A stretch of 64,000 bases of DNA from contig CAXBQP010000002.1 of NCBI GenBank assembly GCA_963978095.1, positions 64,001 through 128,000 on the forward strand, given 5' to 3'. Shown here in pieces: positions 1 through 8,992 of this stretch. The position numbers and the translations under genes were made by a program. The notes under the pieces were generated by a model. It worked only from the letters and a program-made list of their open reading frames with translations, had not been told where the DNA came from and made no database searches. How positions within the stretch are numbered: position 1 is the stretch's first letter; each line of letters opens with the position of its first letter. This DNA comes from an uncultured bacterium (GTDB taxonomy: Bacteria; Gemmatimonadota; Gemmatimonadetes; Gemmatimonadales; Gemmatimonadaceae).

Positions 1-1
1 C

Positions 2-823
2 GTCGCCGACCGTCCCCCCGAGTCCTGGCGTGAAGCCTCGACCCGGACCGTTGTCGTCGGCAGCGGCAAAGGGGGCAGCGGCGCCTCCACCATCGCCGCC
101 TTGCTCGGCATCGGCATGGCCGAGGCCGGGCGCCGGACGTTGCTCGTCGACGGCGACGACGCCATCGGCGCGCTCCATCATCTGTTCGGGATTCCCTCCG
201 CCAGCGAGGCGTTGCTGCGCCAGGAAGATCCCGACAGCGAGATCATCTGGGTTGCCGACCGCTTGGCGCTGCTGCCCGGCGGCAGCGTCCGTCACCGTAT
301 CGCATCGGTGCGCACGACCCCGGTGCAGCGGAGCGCCTTCTACCGGCGAATCATGCCGATGGCCGTCACCTTCGACGTCATGATCGTCGATGCCGGATCG
401 CGACTCGACTCCGTGGTGGCCGCCACCAGCACGCACGCCGCTCGGTATGTCACGGTCAGCGGCATCGAACCCGCCGCGCTCGCTGCCTCCTACGCCTTGG
501 TGAAAGCGCTCGCGCAACGTGTGTCCGACGCGCGCGTCGAAATGCTCGTGAACGGCCACGACGATGTCAGCGCACTCACGGCGTTCCAGCACGTCTCCAT
601 GGCGACCGAGCAGTTCCTGGGTCGTGACCTGGGCTATGCTGGCACGATTCCTGCTTGCCAAAGCCTCAGAGGGGCCGTCCTTTCCGGACGCTCCCTCGAC
701 CATGTCGACCCAACCGCCTCAGCCACGGCTGCGGCTCGCACCCTCGCACGACGATTGTTGAATGACCTCGACCGGGATGCCTCGGCACTCTCGGACACGC
801 GACGACACCTACGGAGAGCGTGA
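2..823 (+). CDS. flhG: MinD/FlhG (FleN)-family P-loop protein, 5'-truncated by window edge
   Basis: Frame is open from base 2; deviant Walker A GSGKGGSGAST (59-91), TLLVDGD, MIVDAG; directly upstream of fliA. Confidence 0.75.
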   Translation, partial: VADRPPESWREASTRTVVVGSGKGGSGASTIAALLGIGMAEAGRRTLLVDGDDAIGALHHLFGIPSASEALLRQEDPDSEIIWVADRLALLPGGSVRHRIASVRTTPVQRSAFYRRIMPMAVTFDVMIVDAGSRLDSVVAATSTHAARYVTVSGIEPAALAASYALVKALAQRVSDARVEMLVNGHDDVSALTAFQHVSMATEQFLGRDLGYAGTIPACQSLRGAVLSGRSLDHVDPTASATAAARTLARRLLNDLDRDASALSDTRRHLRRA

Positions 824-827
824 CGCG

Positions 828-1589
828 ATGGACGATACCAGCATCTGGACCCAGTTCGCTGCCGGTGATGAAAGCGCCCGTCAGCGCGTCCTCACCGAGC
901 ACTTGGGGCTCGTGCACTTCGTGGCGCGCCAGCTCGCGCGCGGCCTGGCGTCCTCGGCCGAGTACGATGAGCTCGTGAGTTGCGGCACCATCGGCCTGAT
1001 GTCGGCGCTCGAGAACTTCGAACCCGACCGCGGACTCGCTTTCAGCACCTTTGCCGCTCCTCGCATTCGCGGGGCGATCCTCGACGAACTCCGCCGACAG
1101 GACATCGTCCCCCGTTCGGTGCGCAAGAAGTCGCGCGAGATCGGCGCGGCCCGCGAATCGCTCGCCCGGCAGAGCGGCGGCACGCCGTCCGACCGCGAAA
1201 CCGCGGCCGCACTCGGCATCGACCTGGAAACGCTCTGGCGGTGGGAAGCGGATTGCGAAGGCTCGGTGCACGTTCCGCTCGATCAGGGGACGTCGAGCGA
1301 CGACGAATCCACCGGACCGTCGCCCTCCGAGGTGCTCGCCGGGGCGGATGATTTCGACGTCGAGGAGTCCCTGACGTTCGACATGGAAGTCTCCGTTCTC
1401 CGCGAGGCGCTCCAGAAGTTGACGGAACAGGAGCGGATCGTCCTCACGCTGTACTTCTACGAAGAACTCAAGCTGCACGAGATCGCCACCGTCCTGGAAC
1501 TCACCGAGTCGCGCGTGAGCCAGATCCGCAGCAAAGCCCTTGGCAAGCTGCGGACCACCATGAAGCCGCTCCGGGAGCAAGTCGCATGA
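828..1589 (+). CDS. fliA: RNA polymerase sigma-28 factor (FliA/WhiG)
   Basis: FSTFAAPRIRGAILDELRRQD, region 4 LTESRVSQIRSKAL; GGAGAG RBS before ATG 828. Confidence 0.93.
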   Translation: MDDTSIWTQFAAGDESARQRVLTEHLGLVHFVARQLARGLASSAEYDELVSCGTIGLMSALENFEPDRGLAFSTFAAPRIRGAILDELRRQDIVPRSVRKKSREIGAARESLARQSGGTPSDRETAAALGIDLETLWRWEADCEGSVHVPLDQGTSSDDESTGPSPSEVLAGADDFDVEESLTFDMEVSVLREALQKLTEQERIVLTLYFYEELKLHEIATVLELTESRVSQIRSKALGKLRTTMKPLREQVA

Positions 1590-1966
1590 GCCGCGCCGAA
1601 ATGTCGCAGTATGCATCCAGTGCCGTCGCCAGCTTCTTCTCCCCCTTCGTGGTGCGTCGTCGCCGCACCGCGCAACGGACGGCCCATCGCACCGCCAAGG
1701 CGCTCGCCGCCACGGGGGCCGCAGTCGGCACGATTGCCCAGCGTACCGGCCTGCCGCGGGATGTCGTCGCGATGCTGATCGCGGGGTGCACCCTGCCCGG
1801 CGCGGTGCCGCGGAAGAACGTACCAGACGCGCCCAAGACGGCGGCAGCATCTGCCGCGTCCCACACCGCGCCACATGCCGGTGCTCCGGCGCATCAGATT
1901 TCTAACCGCCTGAAAAACAACAACTTGCAGAATTCAAATCGTGGCACGGGTGTTGCTCTAGCATAG
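1586..1966 (+). CDS. Small hypothetical protein with HTH-like segment
   Basis: ATGA overlap with fliA stop; AVGTIAQRTGLPRDVVAML resembles an HTH; fills the fliA-flgF gap. Confidence 0.5.
   Translation: MSRAEMSQYASSAVASFFSPFVVRRRRTAQRTAHRTAKALAATGAAVGTIAQRTGLPRDVVAMLIAGCTLPGAVPRKNVPDAPKTAAASAASHTAPHAGAPAHQISNRLKNNNLQNSNRGTGVALA
1915..1927 (+). promoter_or_regulatory. Candidate IHF site
   Basis: AAACAACAACTTG, one mismatch to WATCAANNNNTTR, just upstream of a sigma-54 motif. Confidence 0.4.
1942..1957 (+). promoter_or_regulatory. Sigma-54 (-24/-12) promoter for flgF operon
   Basis: TGGCAC-GGGTG-TTGCT matches TGGCAC-N5-TTGCW, about 30 nt before flgF. Confidence 0.8.
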
Positions 1967-1986
1967 GGCAACATTCGGAGGTCACG

Positions 1987-2721
1987 ATGGGAATCGGCAT
2001 CCGGCCCACTGGGGTCGACAACGCGGCAGCAGCGCTCCGCTATCTGGAGCGTCGTCAGGAAGTCGTTGCGAACAACTTGGCCAACGTCAGCACCGACGGC
2101 TTCAAGGGGGAACGCGCCTTCGCGCGGCTCTTGGCCGATGGCAGCACGCCGACGGCAGAGACCGCCACGGATCTGCGGGCCGGCACCCTGACCACCACCA
2201 ACAATCCGCTGGACCTCGCCATCGCCGGCAAGGGCTTCCTGGTCGTGCAGACGCCGACTGGTGAGAAGCTCACCCGCAGTGGTGCGCTCCACATCGACGA
2301 AGCGCGCCGGCTCGTGGACGTGACCGGCAACCCGGTCCTCGGCGAGACGGACGCGCACGCTGGTGCCACCGCGCCGATCCTCGTGCCGGAGACGGTCAAA
2401 TCGCTCACCTTCTCGTCCAGCGGCGCCGTCATGGCCGATGGCACGCAGATCGGGAAGCTCCGCGTCGAGGACGTGCCCGCGGGCTCCAAGCTGCAGCACG
2501 AAGGGAACGGCTTGTTCACCGCGCCCGCCGGGCGCGCCGCGGTCGGCGATGCCGAACGGACCGTCCGCCAAGGAATGCGCGAGGAGTCCAACGTGAACTC
2601 CGTGGAAGCGATGGTCGACATGATCGCCGTCCAGCGCGCCTACGCCAGCGTCCAGAAAGTCATGACCACCATCGACTCGGCGCGCGGTATCGCGACCACC
2701 GAGCTCGGCAAGCCCGTCTAA
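1987..2721 (+). CDS. flgF: Flagellar basal-body rod protein FlgF
   Basis: ANNLANVSTDGFK, DLAIAGKGF, EESNVNSVEAM; GGAGG RBS; upstream of flgG. Confidence 0.88.
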   Translation: MGIGIRPTGVDNAAAALRYLERRQEVVANNLANVSTDGFKGERAFARLLADGSTPTAETATDLRAGTLTTTNNPLDLAIAGKGFLVVQTPTGEKLTRSGALHIDEARRLVDVTGNPVLGETDAHAGATAPILVPETVKSLTFSSSGAVMADGTQIGKLRVEDVPAGSKLQHEGNGLFTAPAGRAAVGDAERTVRQGMREESNVNSVEAMVDMIAVQRAYASVQKVMTTIDSARGIATTELGKPV

Positions 2722-2745
2722 TCCCGCTCCTCGAGGACGAGAACC

Positions 2746-3534
2746 ATGGATCCCGCACTCCGCGCCGCTGCCACGGGCATGATGGCCCAGCAGACCCGCA
2801 CCGAAGTCATCGCCAACAACCTGGCCAACGTCAACACGACTGGCTTCAAGCAGAGCCGGGCGCATTTCGTCGACCTCCTGTACCAGACCGTGCAGGGCGC
2901 GACCACCGTCAGCAACACCGACGCGACCATGACCCCCGCCATCCAGGTCGGACGCGGTACCCGACTGGCCGGCATCGAGCGCAACAACGCGCAGGGCGCC
3001 ATGGAGCAGACATCACGTCCGCTCGACATCGGGATCCAGGGCGACGGCTTCTTCCAGATCAACATGCCCAACGGGCAGCTCGCGTACACGCGCGACGGCT
3101 CGTTCCAGATCAGCGATCAGGGGACGCTCGTCACGAGCGAAGGGCTCACCGTCGCCCCCGGCATCAAGATCCCGAGCGATGCGTCGTCGGTGAACATCTC
3201 CTCGACCGGCATCGTCTCCGTCACGACCGGAAGTTCGGCGAACCTCACCGAGGTCGGCCGGATCGAACTCGCGCGCTTCGCCAATCCGTCCGGGCTCCAG
3301 TCCATGGGCGGCAACCTCTTCCAGGCGACGGCCGCGGCCGGCGAACCGACCACCGGCTTCCCGCAGGACGACGGCTTGGGCCGCGTCCAGCAGGGGTATC
3401 TCGAAGGGAGCAACGTCGAGATCGTGCAGGAGATGGTCGACATGATCAGCGCCATGCGCGCATACGAAGTCAACTCCAAGGCCATCAAGAACAGCGAATC
3501 GATGGCGGAAGTCTCGAACAACCTGATTCGATGA
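2746..3534 (+). CDS. flgG: Flagellar distal rod protein FlgG
   Basis: ANNLANVNTTGFK, DLLYQ, YTRDGSF, LEGSNV. Confidence 0.95.
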   Translation: MDPALRAAATGMMAQQTRTEVIANNLANVNTTGFKQSRAHFVDLLYQTVQGATTVSNTDATMTPAIQVGRGTRLAGIERNNAQGAMEQTSRPLDIGIQGDGFFQINMPNGQLAYTRDGSFQISDQGTLVTSEGLTVAPGIKIPSDASSVNISSTGIVSVTTGSSANLTEVGRIELARFANPSGLQSMGGNLFQATAAAGEPTTGFPQDDGLGRVQQGYLEGSNVEIVQEMVDMISAMRAYEVNSKAIKNSESMAEVSNNLIR

Positions 3535-3941
3535 ACTTCGGTGCCCGTTCGGTCGTGACCGCCCTCGGCCTTGCGCTGTGGGCCGGTCGAGCCTCGGCGC
3601 AGGAGCTCCGTGCCGCGCGCGATATGGCCCGCGGCACAGTGCTTGCATCTACCGATATCGTGGCGGATTCGTCCGCCGACGCCAAGCGGTACGACGGATG
3701 GATCACTCGCCGCATCGTGCGGCAGGGCGAGGTGCTCAAGGAGCCGGCGATCGGTCAGCGCCTGTTGGTGGCCACCGGAAGCCGGGTTCGGTTGGAAGCG
3801 GTTGTGGAAGGCGTCGTCGTCAGTCGGGACGGCATCGCGACCGCCGCAGGATCGTTGGGCGACAAAGTGCGGGTGCGCATTGACGCGCAGCGAGCAGTGA
3901 CGGGCACGGTCACGGGACCGGCGACCGTTCGACTTCCTTAG
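3531..3941 (+). CDS. flgA: P-ring formation chaperone FlgA (short, SAF domain)
   Basis: Signal peptide, ARDMARGTVL, GSLGDKVRVR; between flgG and flgH. Confidence 0.8.
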   Translation: MNFGARSVVTALGLALWAGRASAQELRAARDMARGTVLASTDIVADSSADAKRYDGWITRRIVRQGEVLKEPAIGQRLLVATGSRVRLEAVVEGVVVSRDGIATAAGSLGDKVRVRIDAQRAVTGTVTGPATVRLP

Positions 3942-3959
3942 ACTGACGATTGATCTCTC

Positions 3960-4631
3960 ATGACTCTCTCCCGCTCGTTCCGGACCGCTCAGTGCCTCGC
4001 GATGCTCGTCGCCATGCCGCTGGTGTCGCGTGCGCTCGAGGCACAGGCCCGTGGAGCCGCGGCGCAGCCCGCGAAGCCCGTCGTGATGGACTCGACGACG
4101 CTTGACACGCCGGTTCGCTCCTCGTGGACGTCGGACCGCGTGCGTTTCGGCGTGGGAGACATCATCACCGTCCTGATCGACGAACGCACCTTGGCGGCCG
4201 CGACGGTGACCGACAACGCCTCCGACACGCGCAACAAGTCGATGGGACTCAATGTGCGCCCGCCCGCCTCACCGACCGGCCTGACGCCGAACGTGAATGT
4301 CGGGATGGACGTCAACAACAATGGCACCTCCAACAAGAGTGGATCCGCCGCTCGGCAGAACACCTTCAAGAGCGAAATGAGCGTCCGCGTGGTCGCCGTT
4401 TCCCCCTCGGGCATGGTCAAGATCTCGGGGCACAAGACGGTTAACGTCGACAAGAACCAGCAGGACGTCGTGCTCAGCGGTTGGGTACGCCCGCAGGACA
4501 TCTCGGTGGGCACCAACACCGTGGAATCGGCACGAATCGCCGACGCCGAACTCAACTATGTGCAGAAGGGGGCGCTTGGCGCTCCGAAGTCAGGGATTGT
4601 GACCCGCGTACTCGGGGCGATCTGGCCGTGA
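3960..4631 (+). CDS. flgH: Flagellar L-ring protein FlgH
   Basis: VGDIITVLIDE, LSGWVRPQDI, NTVESARIADA. Confidence 0.9.
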   Translation: MTLSRSFRTAQCLAMLVAMPLVSRALEAQARGAAAQPAKPVVMDSTTLDTPVRSSWTSDRVRFGVGDIITVLIDERTLAAATVTDNASDTRNKSMGLNVRPPASPTGLTPNVNVGMDVNNNGTSNKSGSAARQNTFKSEMSVRVVAVSPSGMVKISGHKTVNVDKNQQDVVLSGWVRPQDISVGTNTVESARIADAELNYVQKGALGAPKSGIVTRVLGAIWP

Positions 4632-5686
4632 TCACGCGTCGCGCGCTTCCGTATGCGGCCCTCGCGCTGGGGCTGATCGCCTTGGCCGGACGGCCGGCGG
4701 GCGCGCAGGATGCCCGCATCCGCGATCTCGTACTTGCCGACGCGGCGCCGCCGACGCGCCTCATGGGCTACGGTCTCGTGACCGGCCTCAATGGCACCGG
4801 CGACCGTGTGACCGGCGGTACCGGCTCGCGCCAGACGGTGCAGTCGATCGTGAACCTGCTGCGCCGATTCGATGTCGAAGTCCCCGCGGAAGTGCTCCGG
4901 ACGCGCAACGTCGCGGCCGTGCTCGTGACCGCCGAAGTGTCCCCGTACCTGCGTCCAGGCGGACGCTTCGAAGTGCGCGTGTCGTCGGTTGGTGATGCGC
5001 AGTCGCTGCGCGGCGGCGTTCTCTGGATGACGCCCCTGGTTGCTGACGCGGGTGGGCGTCCCATGGCCGGCGCGCAGGGCGCGCTGATCGTGAGCGGCGG
5101 CGACGCGCGTCCCGTTGCCAATGGCGCCAGCCAGACCACTGCACGTGTGCTGGACGGTGGCGTGCTCGAAGCCGAGCTGCCCCGGCCGCGAGCGGTGGCC
5201 AATGACCGACTCTTGCTGAAGGACCCGGATCTCAACACTGCCGTGCGCATCGCCGCGGTCATCGACTCCGCCCTGGGCGCACCCAAGCAGGCCGTCGTCG
5301 AGGATCCGGGGCTGATTCGGCTGGTCCTCAAGGACACCGCGAACGGATCCCCGGCGGCGCTTGCGTTCATCCGTGATCTGCGCATCCGGGCGCCGCGCAC
5401 GTCCCGCGTCACGATCGACGGCCGGAGCGGCACCATCGTCGCCGGCGGTGACATCACGGTGGGCGAAGCCTCCGTCACGCACGGTGGGCTCACGCTGAGC
5501 ATCGGCGGAGGCGGCAACTCCGATACCGCAACGGTGGCCGGCGAGGTTCGCATGGCCGCCGGGACCTCCGTTCAAAAAGTAGCATCGGCTCTGCACGCGC
5601 TGCAGGCGACGGCCACCGAGATCGCCGCCATCTTCGGCGCGCTCCGCGATGCCGGCGCGATCTCTGCCGAGGTGGTCGTCCGATGA
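4628..5686 (+). CDS. flgI: Flagellar P-ring protein FlgI
   Basis: GYGLVTGLNGTGD, NVAAVLVTA, VSSVGDAQSLRGG; GTGA overlap with flgH. Confidence 0.93.
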   Translation: MITRRALPYAALALGLIALAGRPAGAQDARIRDLVLADAAPPTRLMGYGLVTGLNGTGDRVTGGTGSRQTVQSIVNLLRRFDVEVPAEVLRTRNVAAVLVTAEVSPYLRPGGRFEVRVSSVGDAQSLRGGVLWMTPLVADAGGRPMAGAQGALIVSGGDARPVANGASQTTARVLDGGVLEAELPRPRAVANDRLLLKDPDLNTAVRIAAVIDSALGAPKQAVVEDPGLIRLVLKDTANGSPAALAFIRDLRIRAPRTSRVTIDGRSGTIVAGGDITVGEASVTHGGLTLSIGGGGNSDTATVAGEVRMAAGTSVQKVASALHALQATATEIAAIFGALRDAGAISAEVVVR

Positions 5687-6009
5687 TCCGCACTGCCGCC
5701 ACCGGGAGCGTTGCGCCGGTCGATCCGAAGGCCAAGGAACTCGCACGGCTGACGCGTACCGCCAAGCAGTTCGAGGGTGTCTTCGTCCAGCAGCTCTTCA
5801 AAGCGATGCGTGAGACGGTGCCGGAGGACGGTCTCACATCCGGTGGTGCCGGAGAAGACATGTTCACCGGCATGCTGGATCAGAACCTCGCCGACAAGCT
5901 GCCCCAACAGTGGAAGCACGGTCCCGCCGAGGCCATGGTCGCGCACTTCCGCGCCCAAGTCACCGGGCAGGCCGACCGCTCGCCGTCTCCCGTGGACCTC
6001 CGTCGATGA
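5683..6009 (+). CDS. flgJ: Single-domain FlgJ (rod-binding, no muramidase domain)
   Basis: AKQFEGVFVQQLFKAMRETV...FTGMLDQ; 108 aa. Confidence 0.82.
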   Translation: MIRTAATGSVAPVDPKAKELARLTRTAKQFEGVFVQQLFKAMRETVPEDGLTSGGAGEDMFTGMLDQNLADKLPQQWKHGPAEAMVAHFRAQVTGQADRSPSPVDLRR

Positions 6010-6554
6010 TGCCGAACCGCCAGCTACACGCCGGACCTATGGCACCGTCTGCTGTCGCCAACAGTGCCGGCGCCATCAGCGCCCTGACGCATGCGCTCCA
6101 GACGGAAGCCAAGCTGCTGCACGATCTCTGCGACGTGCTCGACCGTCAGCGGGCCGCGGTGGCCGACAGCGACATCGAAGGGGTCGACGACTCCGTCTTC
6201 GTGACGCATCGGCTGTTGCTCTCGCTCGGCGAGGCCCGCAAGCGCCGTCGGACCATCAACCATATCCTGGGCGAAGGCGATGATCTCAGCATCCCGGCGC
6301 TCGAGGAGTACTTCGGCGGAAACGTACCGGACGAAGTCCGCGCCGCGGCCGAACAGCTCGCGGATTCGGCACGCATGTTGCAGCGTGACGTGCAGATCAA
6401 CCGTCGCGTGCTCCGCTCGGCGATCGATGTCGGAGACGAGCAGGTACGGGCGCTCTGTGGAGCGCCGACTTCCCGCTCGGTCTCCTACGCTTCCACGGTG
6501 CGCCCCCAAGGGACCGCGACCGTCAACAGTTCCATCCTGGACCGGCGCGTATGA
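6006..6554 (+). CDS. flgN: Flagellar export chaperone FlgN-like
   Basis: Helical protein with QINRRVL motif, directly upstream of flgK. Confidence 0.7.
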   Translation: MMPNRQLHAGPMAPSAVANSAGAISALTHALQTEAKLLHDLCDVLDRQRAAVADSDIEGVDDSVFVTHRLLLSLGEARKRRRTINHILGEGDDLSIPALEEYFGGNVPDEVRAAAEQLADSARMLQRDVQINRRVLRSAIDVGDEQVRALCGAPTSRSVSYASTVRPQGTATVNSSILDRRV

Positions 6555-7891
6555 GCAGTGATCTTGGTGGCGTCATGGACAGCGTGCGGCGCGCCTTCGC
6601 GACGCAACAGCAGTCCCTCAGCATCATCTCCAAGAACATCTCCAGCGCGACGGTCGACGGCTACTCACGCCTCTCGGTTCAAGTATCGCCCACCACCGGC
6701 GATAACATTACCCTTCGCGTGCGCGATGCCCTGCTCGATCGGTCGGTTCGCTTGCAGAATGGGCCGGCCGCGCACAGCAAGCAACGCGCCGAGACGCTGG
6801 GGCGCATCGAAAGCGTGTTCGGGGAACCGTCCGACAACGGCTTGGCCGCGGCCATGGATGGGTTCTGGGGTGCGTGGGGTGACCTCGCCAACACGCCGAC
6901 CGACTCGGTCACGAAGACCGCCGTGCAGCAAAAGGGGCTCGCCCTCACCAGCACGTTCAATCGCTACGCCGCGCAACTCACGAACGTGAACGATCTTTGC
7001 CGGAGCGCGGTGCTCGACGGTGTGTCGAAGGTGAACGAGCTGTGCCGGCAGATCGGGAACATCAACGGACAGCTGGGCGGAGTGGCTCCGAACGACGGCG
7101 ACTCCAGCGCGTTGCTCGACACCCGTGACCGGCTGATCGATCAGTTGTCCAAGCTCGTGCAGACGACCGTGAACACTGCGCCTGACGGCACCGTGAGTCT
7201 CTACGTCGCCTCTGACGAGATGGTCCGTGGCCCGCACGTCAGCCCCATGACCGTGCAGAATGGCCCGCCGATCGCGGTGTCGGTGATGGGCGCCAACTTC
7301 GGCGGCCCGGATCTCGGTGGACAGATCGGTGGCATGCTCCAAGCCCTCAACTCCGACATCCCGGCGGCGCAGAACGGGCTCGATGCCCTCGCCAAGGCGT
7401 TGGTGCAGGATGTCAACGCGGTGCACACCGCCGGTTGGTCGCCGGCCACCAAGGGTACCGGCGTGCCGTTCTTCTCGACCGCCCCCGAAGGGATGCTCGC
7501 CGCCAAGATCACGCTGTCGGATCTGGTCGCGAACGATGCCTCGGCCATCGTCACCGGCACCTTGCCGAATGCCCAAGGGGACAACAGCGCGGCGCTGTCG
7601 ATGGCGGCGCTCCGCGACCTCTCACCCAGCGCGACCGGCGGTTCCTTCGGCTCGATGTATCAGAGCCTTGTGACGCAGACCGCGTCGACCAAGAGCGCCG
7701 TCGATGCCGATGCGACCGTGTACGGCACCCTCGCCGACCAGGCGGCCAGCCGTCGTCAATCCGCGATCGGCGTGAACACGGACGAAGAACTCGTCAAGAT
7801 GATGGGCTTTCAGCAGTCCTATGCGGCCGCGGCCAAAGTTTCCGCCGCGCTGGATCAGATGATTCAGACGCTGCTCAGCTCCAAGAACTGA
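6551..7891 (+). CDS. flgK: Hook-associated protein FlgK
   Basis: NIS..TVDGYSR, LLDTRDRLIDQLSKLV, GVNTDEEL..QQSYAAAAK. Confidence 0.9.
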   Translation: MSSDLGGVMDSVRRAFATQQQSLSIISKNISSATVDGYSRLSVQVSPTTGDNITLRVRDALLDRSVRLQNGPAAHSKQRAETLGRIESVFGEPSDNGLAAAMDGFWGAWGDLANTPTDSVTKTAVQQKGLALTSTFNRYAAQLTNVNDLCRSAVLDGVSKVNELCRQIGNINGQLGGVAPNDGDSSALLDTRDRLIDQLSKLVQTTVNTAPDGTVSLYVASDEMVRGPHVSPMTVQNGPPIAVSVMGANFGGPDLGGQIGGMLQALNSDIPAAQNGLDALAKALVQDVNAVHTAGWSPATKGTGVPFFSTAPEGMLAAKITLSDLVANDASAIVTGTLPNAQGDNSAALSMAALRDLSPSATGGSFGSMYQSLVTQTASTKSAVDADATVYGTLADQAASRRQSAIGVNTDEELVKMMGFQQSYAAAAKVSAALDQMIQTLLSSKN

Positions 7892-7901
7892 GCCGCCGCC
7901 C

Positions 7902-8165
7902 ATGCTGATACTCAGCCGCAATGAGGGTGATGTGATCCATATCGGTGACGGCGTGCGGATCGTCGTGCTCAGCTGTGACCGCAAGGGGGTCCGGCTGGGG
8001 ATCGACGCGCCGCGCGATGTCCGGATTCTGCGCGGCGAGATCATGGTCGATATCGAGCAGGAGAATCAGCGCGCGATGGCCGCCCAGAAGGAGTGGCTGC
8101 AAATCGCCCCCGTCAAGACGATCCGATCCAACGTCGTCGAGCCTACGGACCCGACGAAGGGCTGA
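7902..8165 (+). CDS. csrA: Carbon storage regulator CsrA
   Basis: MLILSRNEG..IGD..VRLGIDAP..ILRGEI. Confidence 0.93.
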   Translation: MLILSRNEGDVIHIGDGVRIVVLSCDRKGVRLGIDAPRDVRILRGEIMVDIEQENQRAMAAQKEWLQIAPVKTIRSNVVEPTDPTKG

Positions 8166-8898
8166 GCGCCCGCGCCGCCAGCGCCCGCCGCGCCGCGGCC
8201 AAGGCGGGGAGCGTCAGGAGACGGCCCGCCACATCGCCACCCGTCGCCACTGCCCCTCCGGCATGGGCCAGCAGCATGTCGGCCGCGCGAACCAACCCGC
8301 TCGGGCTGCCGGACGCCGTCCGCATCACCTCCAGTGATACGAGCTCGTCCGATACCGTCCTGGGATACCGCACGACGACGGGCGTGCCTTCGTCCGGCGA
8401 CTCGCGGGCAGCGTCCGTCAGCAGCAACAGCAGCGCCTGAATCAGCGAACTCCGGCGTGCCAAGACCGGGGCAACCGACGGAGGCGCCGCGCCCCCGTCG
8501 TCGGCACCGACCGTGGAGCCGTCCGGCAGCTCCCCGGGGAGCTGCCTGGGAAGCTGCACGGGGATCGCCCGCACATCCGCATGCTGCCCGAGCAACGCGA
8601 CCGCAACCGTGAGCACATCGGGCAGCGCAATGGGCTCGAGTTCCTCCTCCCCGTCCAGCGCCAGCGACCGAAAGAGGTGTAGCAGCGCCTCGAGTCGAGC
8701 CATCTCGGCGTCGAAGGCCTCGCCCCAGCGCGGTTCAGCCGCACGCTCACGCATCGCCGTGCCGATACTCCATACCGAGAACAGCCGATTCCCCAAGGAG
8801 TGCGTCAGCCCACGCGTGACCGCGTCGGAGGTCTCGATCCATGCCGCGGCGGCGGCAGAATCTGCCGCCAGCGCGCTCGGGATACGCTCGTTACTCAC
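8143..8898 (-). CDS. Histidine-kinase-like protein with H-box but degenerate ATP-binding domain
   Basis: RGLTHSLGNRL H-box; LIQALLLLLTDAARES at N-box; no DxGxG; AGGAG RBS before GTG. Confidence 0.65.
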   Translation of the reverse strand: MSNERIPSALAADSAAAAAWIETSDAVTRGLTHSLGNRLFSVWSIGTAMRERAAEPRWGEAFDAEMARLEALLHLFRSLALDGEEELEPIALPDVLTVAVALLGQHADVRAIPVQLPRQLPGELPDGSTVGADDGGAAPPSVAPVLARRSSLIQALLLLLTDAARESPDEGTPVVVRYPRTVSDELVSLEVMRTASGSPSGLVRAADMLLAHAGGAVATGGDVAGRLLTLPALAAARRALAARALSPSSGP

Positions 8899-8912
8899 CG
8901 TTCGAGGCTCCT

Positions 8913-8941
8913 GCAGGAGAATTTCGCGGACCGGCCGATAC
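8913..8941 (+). promoter_or_regulatory. Candidate sigma-28 promoter for motAB
   Basis: GCCGATAC at 8934-8941 (consensus GCCGATAA); -35 element weak. Confidence 0.5.
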
Positions 8942-8992
8942 TAGAAGCGTGGACATGAGGTCCTCGCCCCCATTCGACACGGAAGCGTCGCT

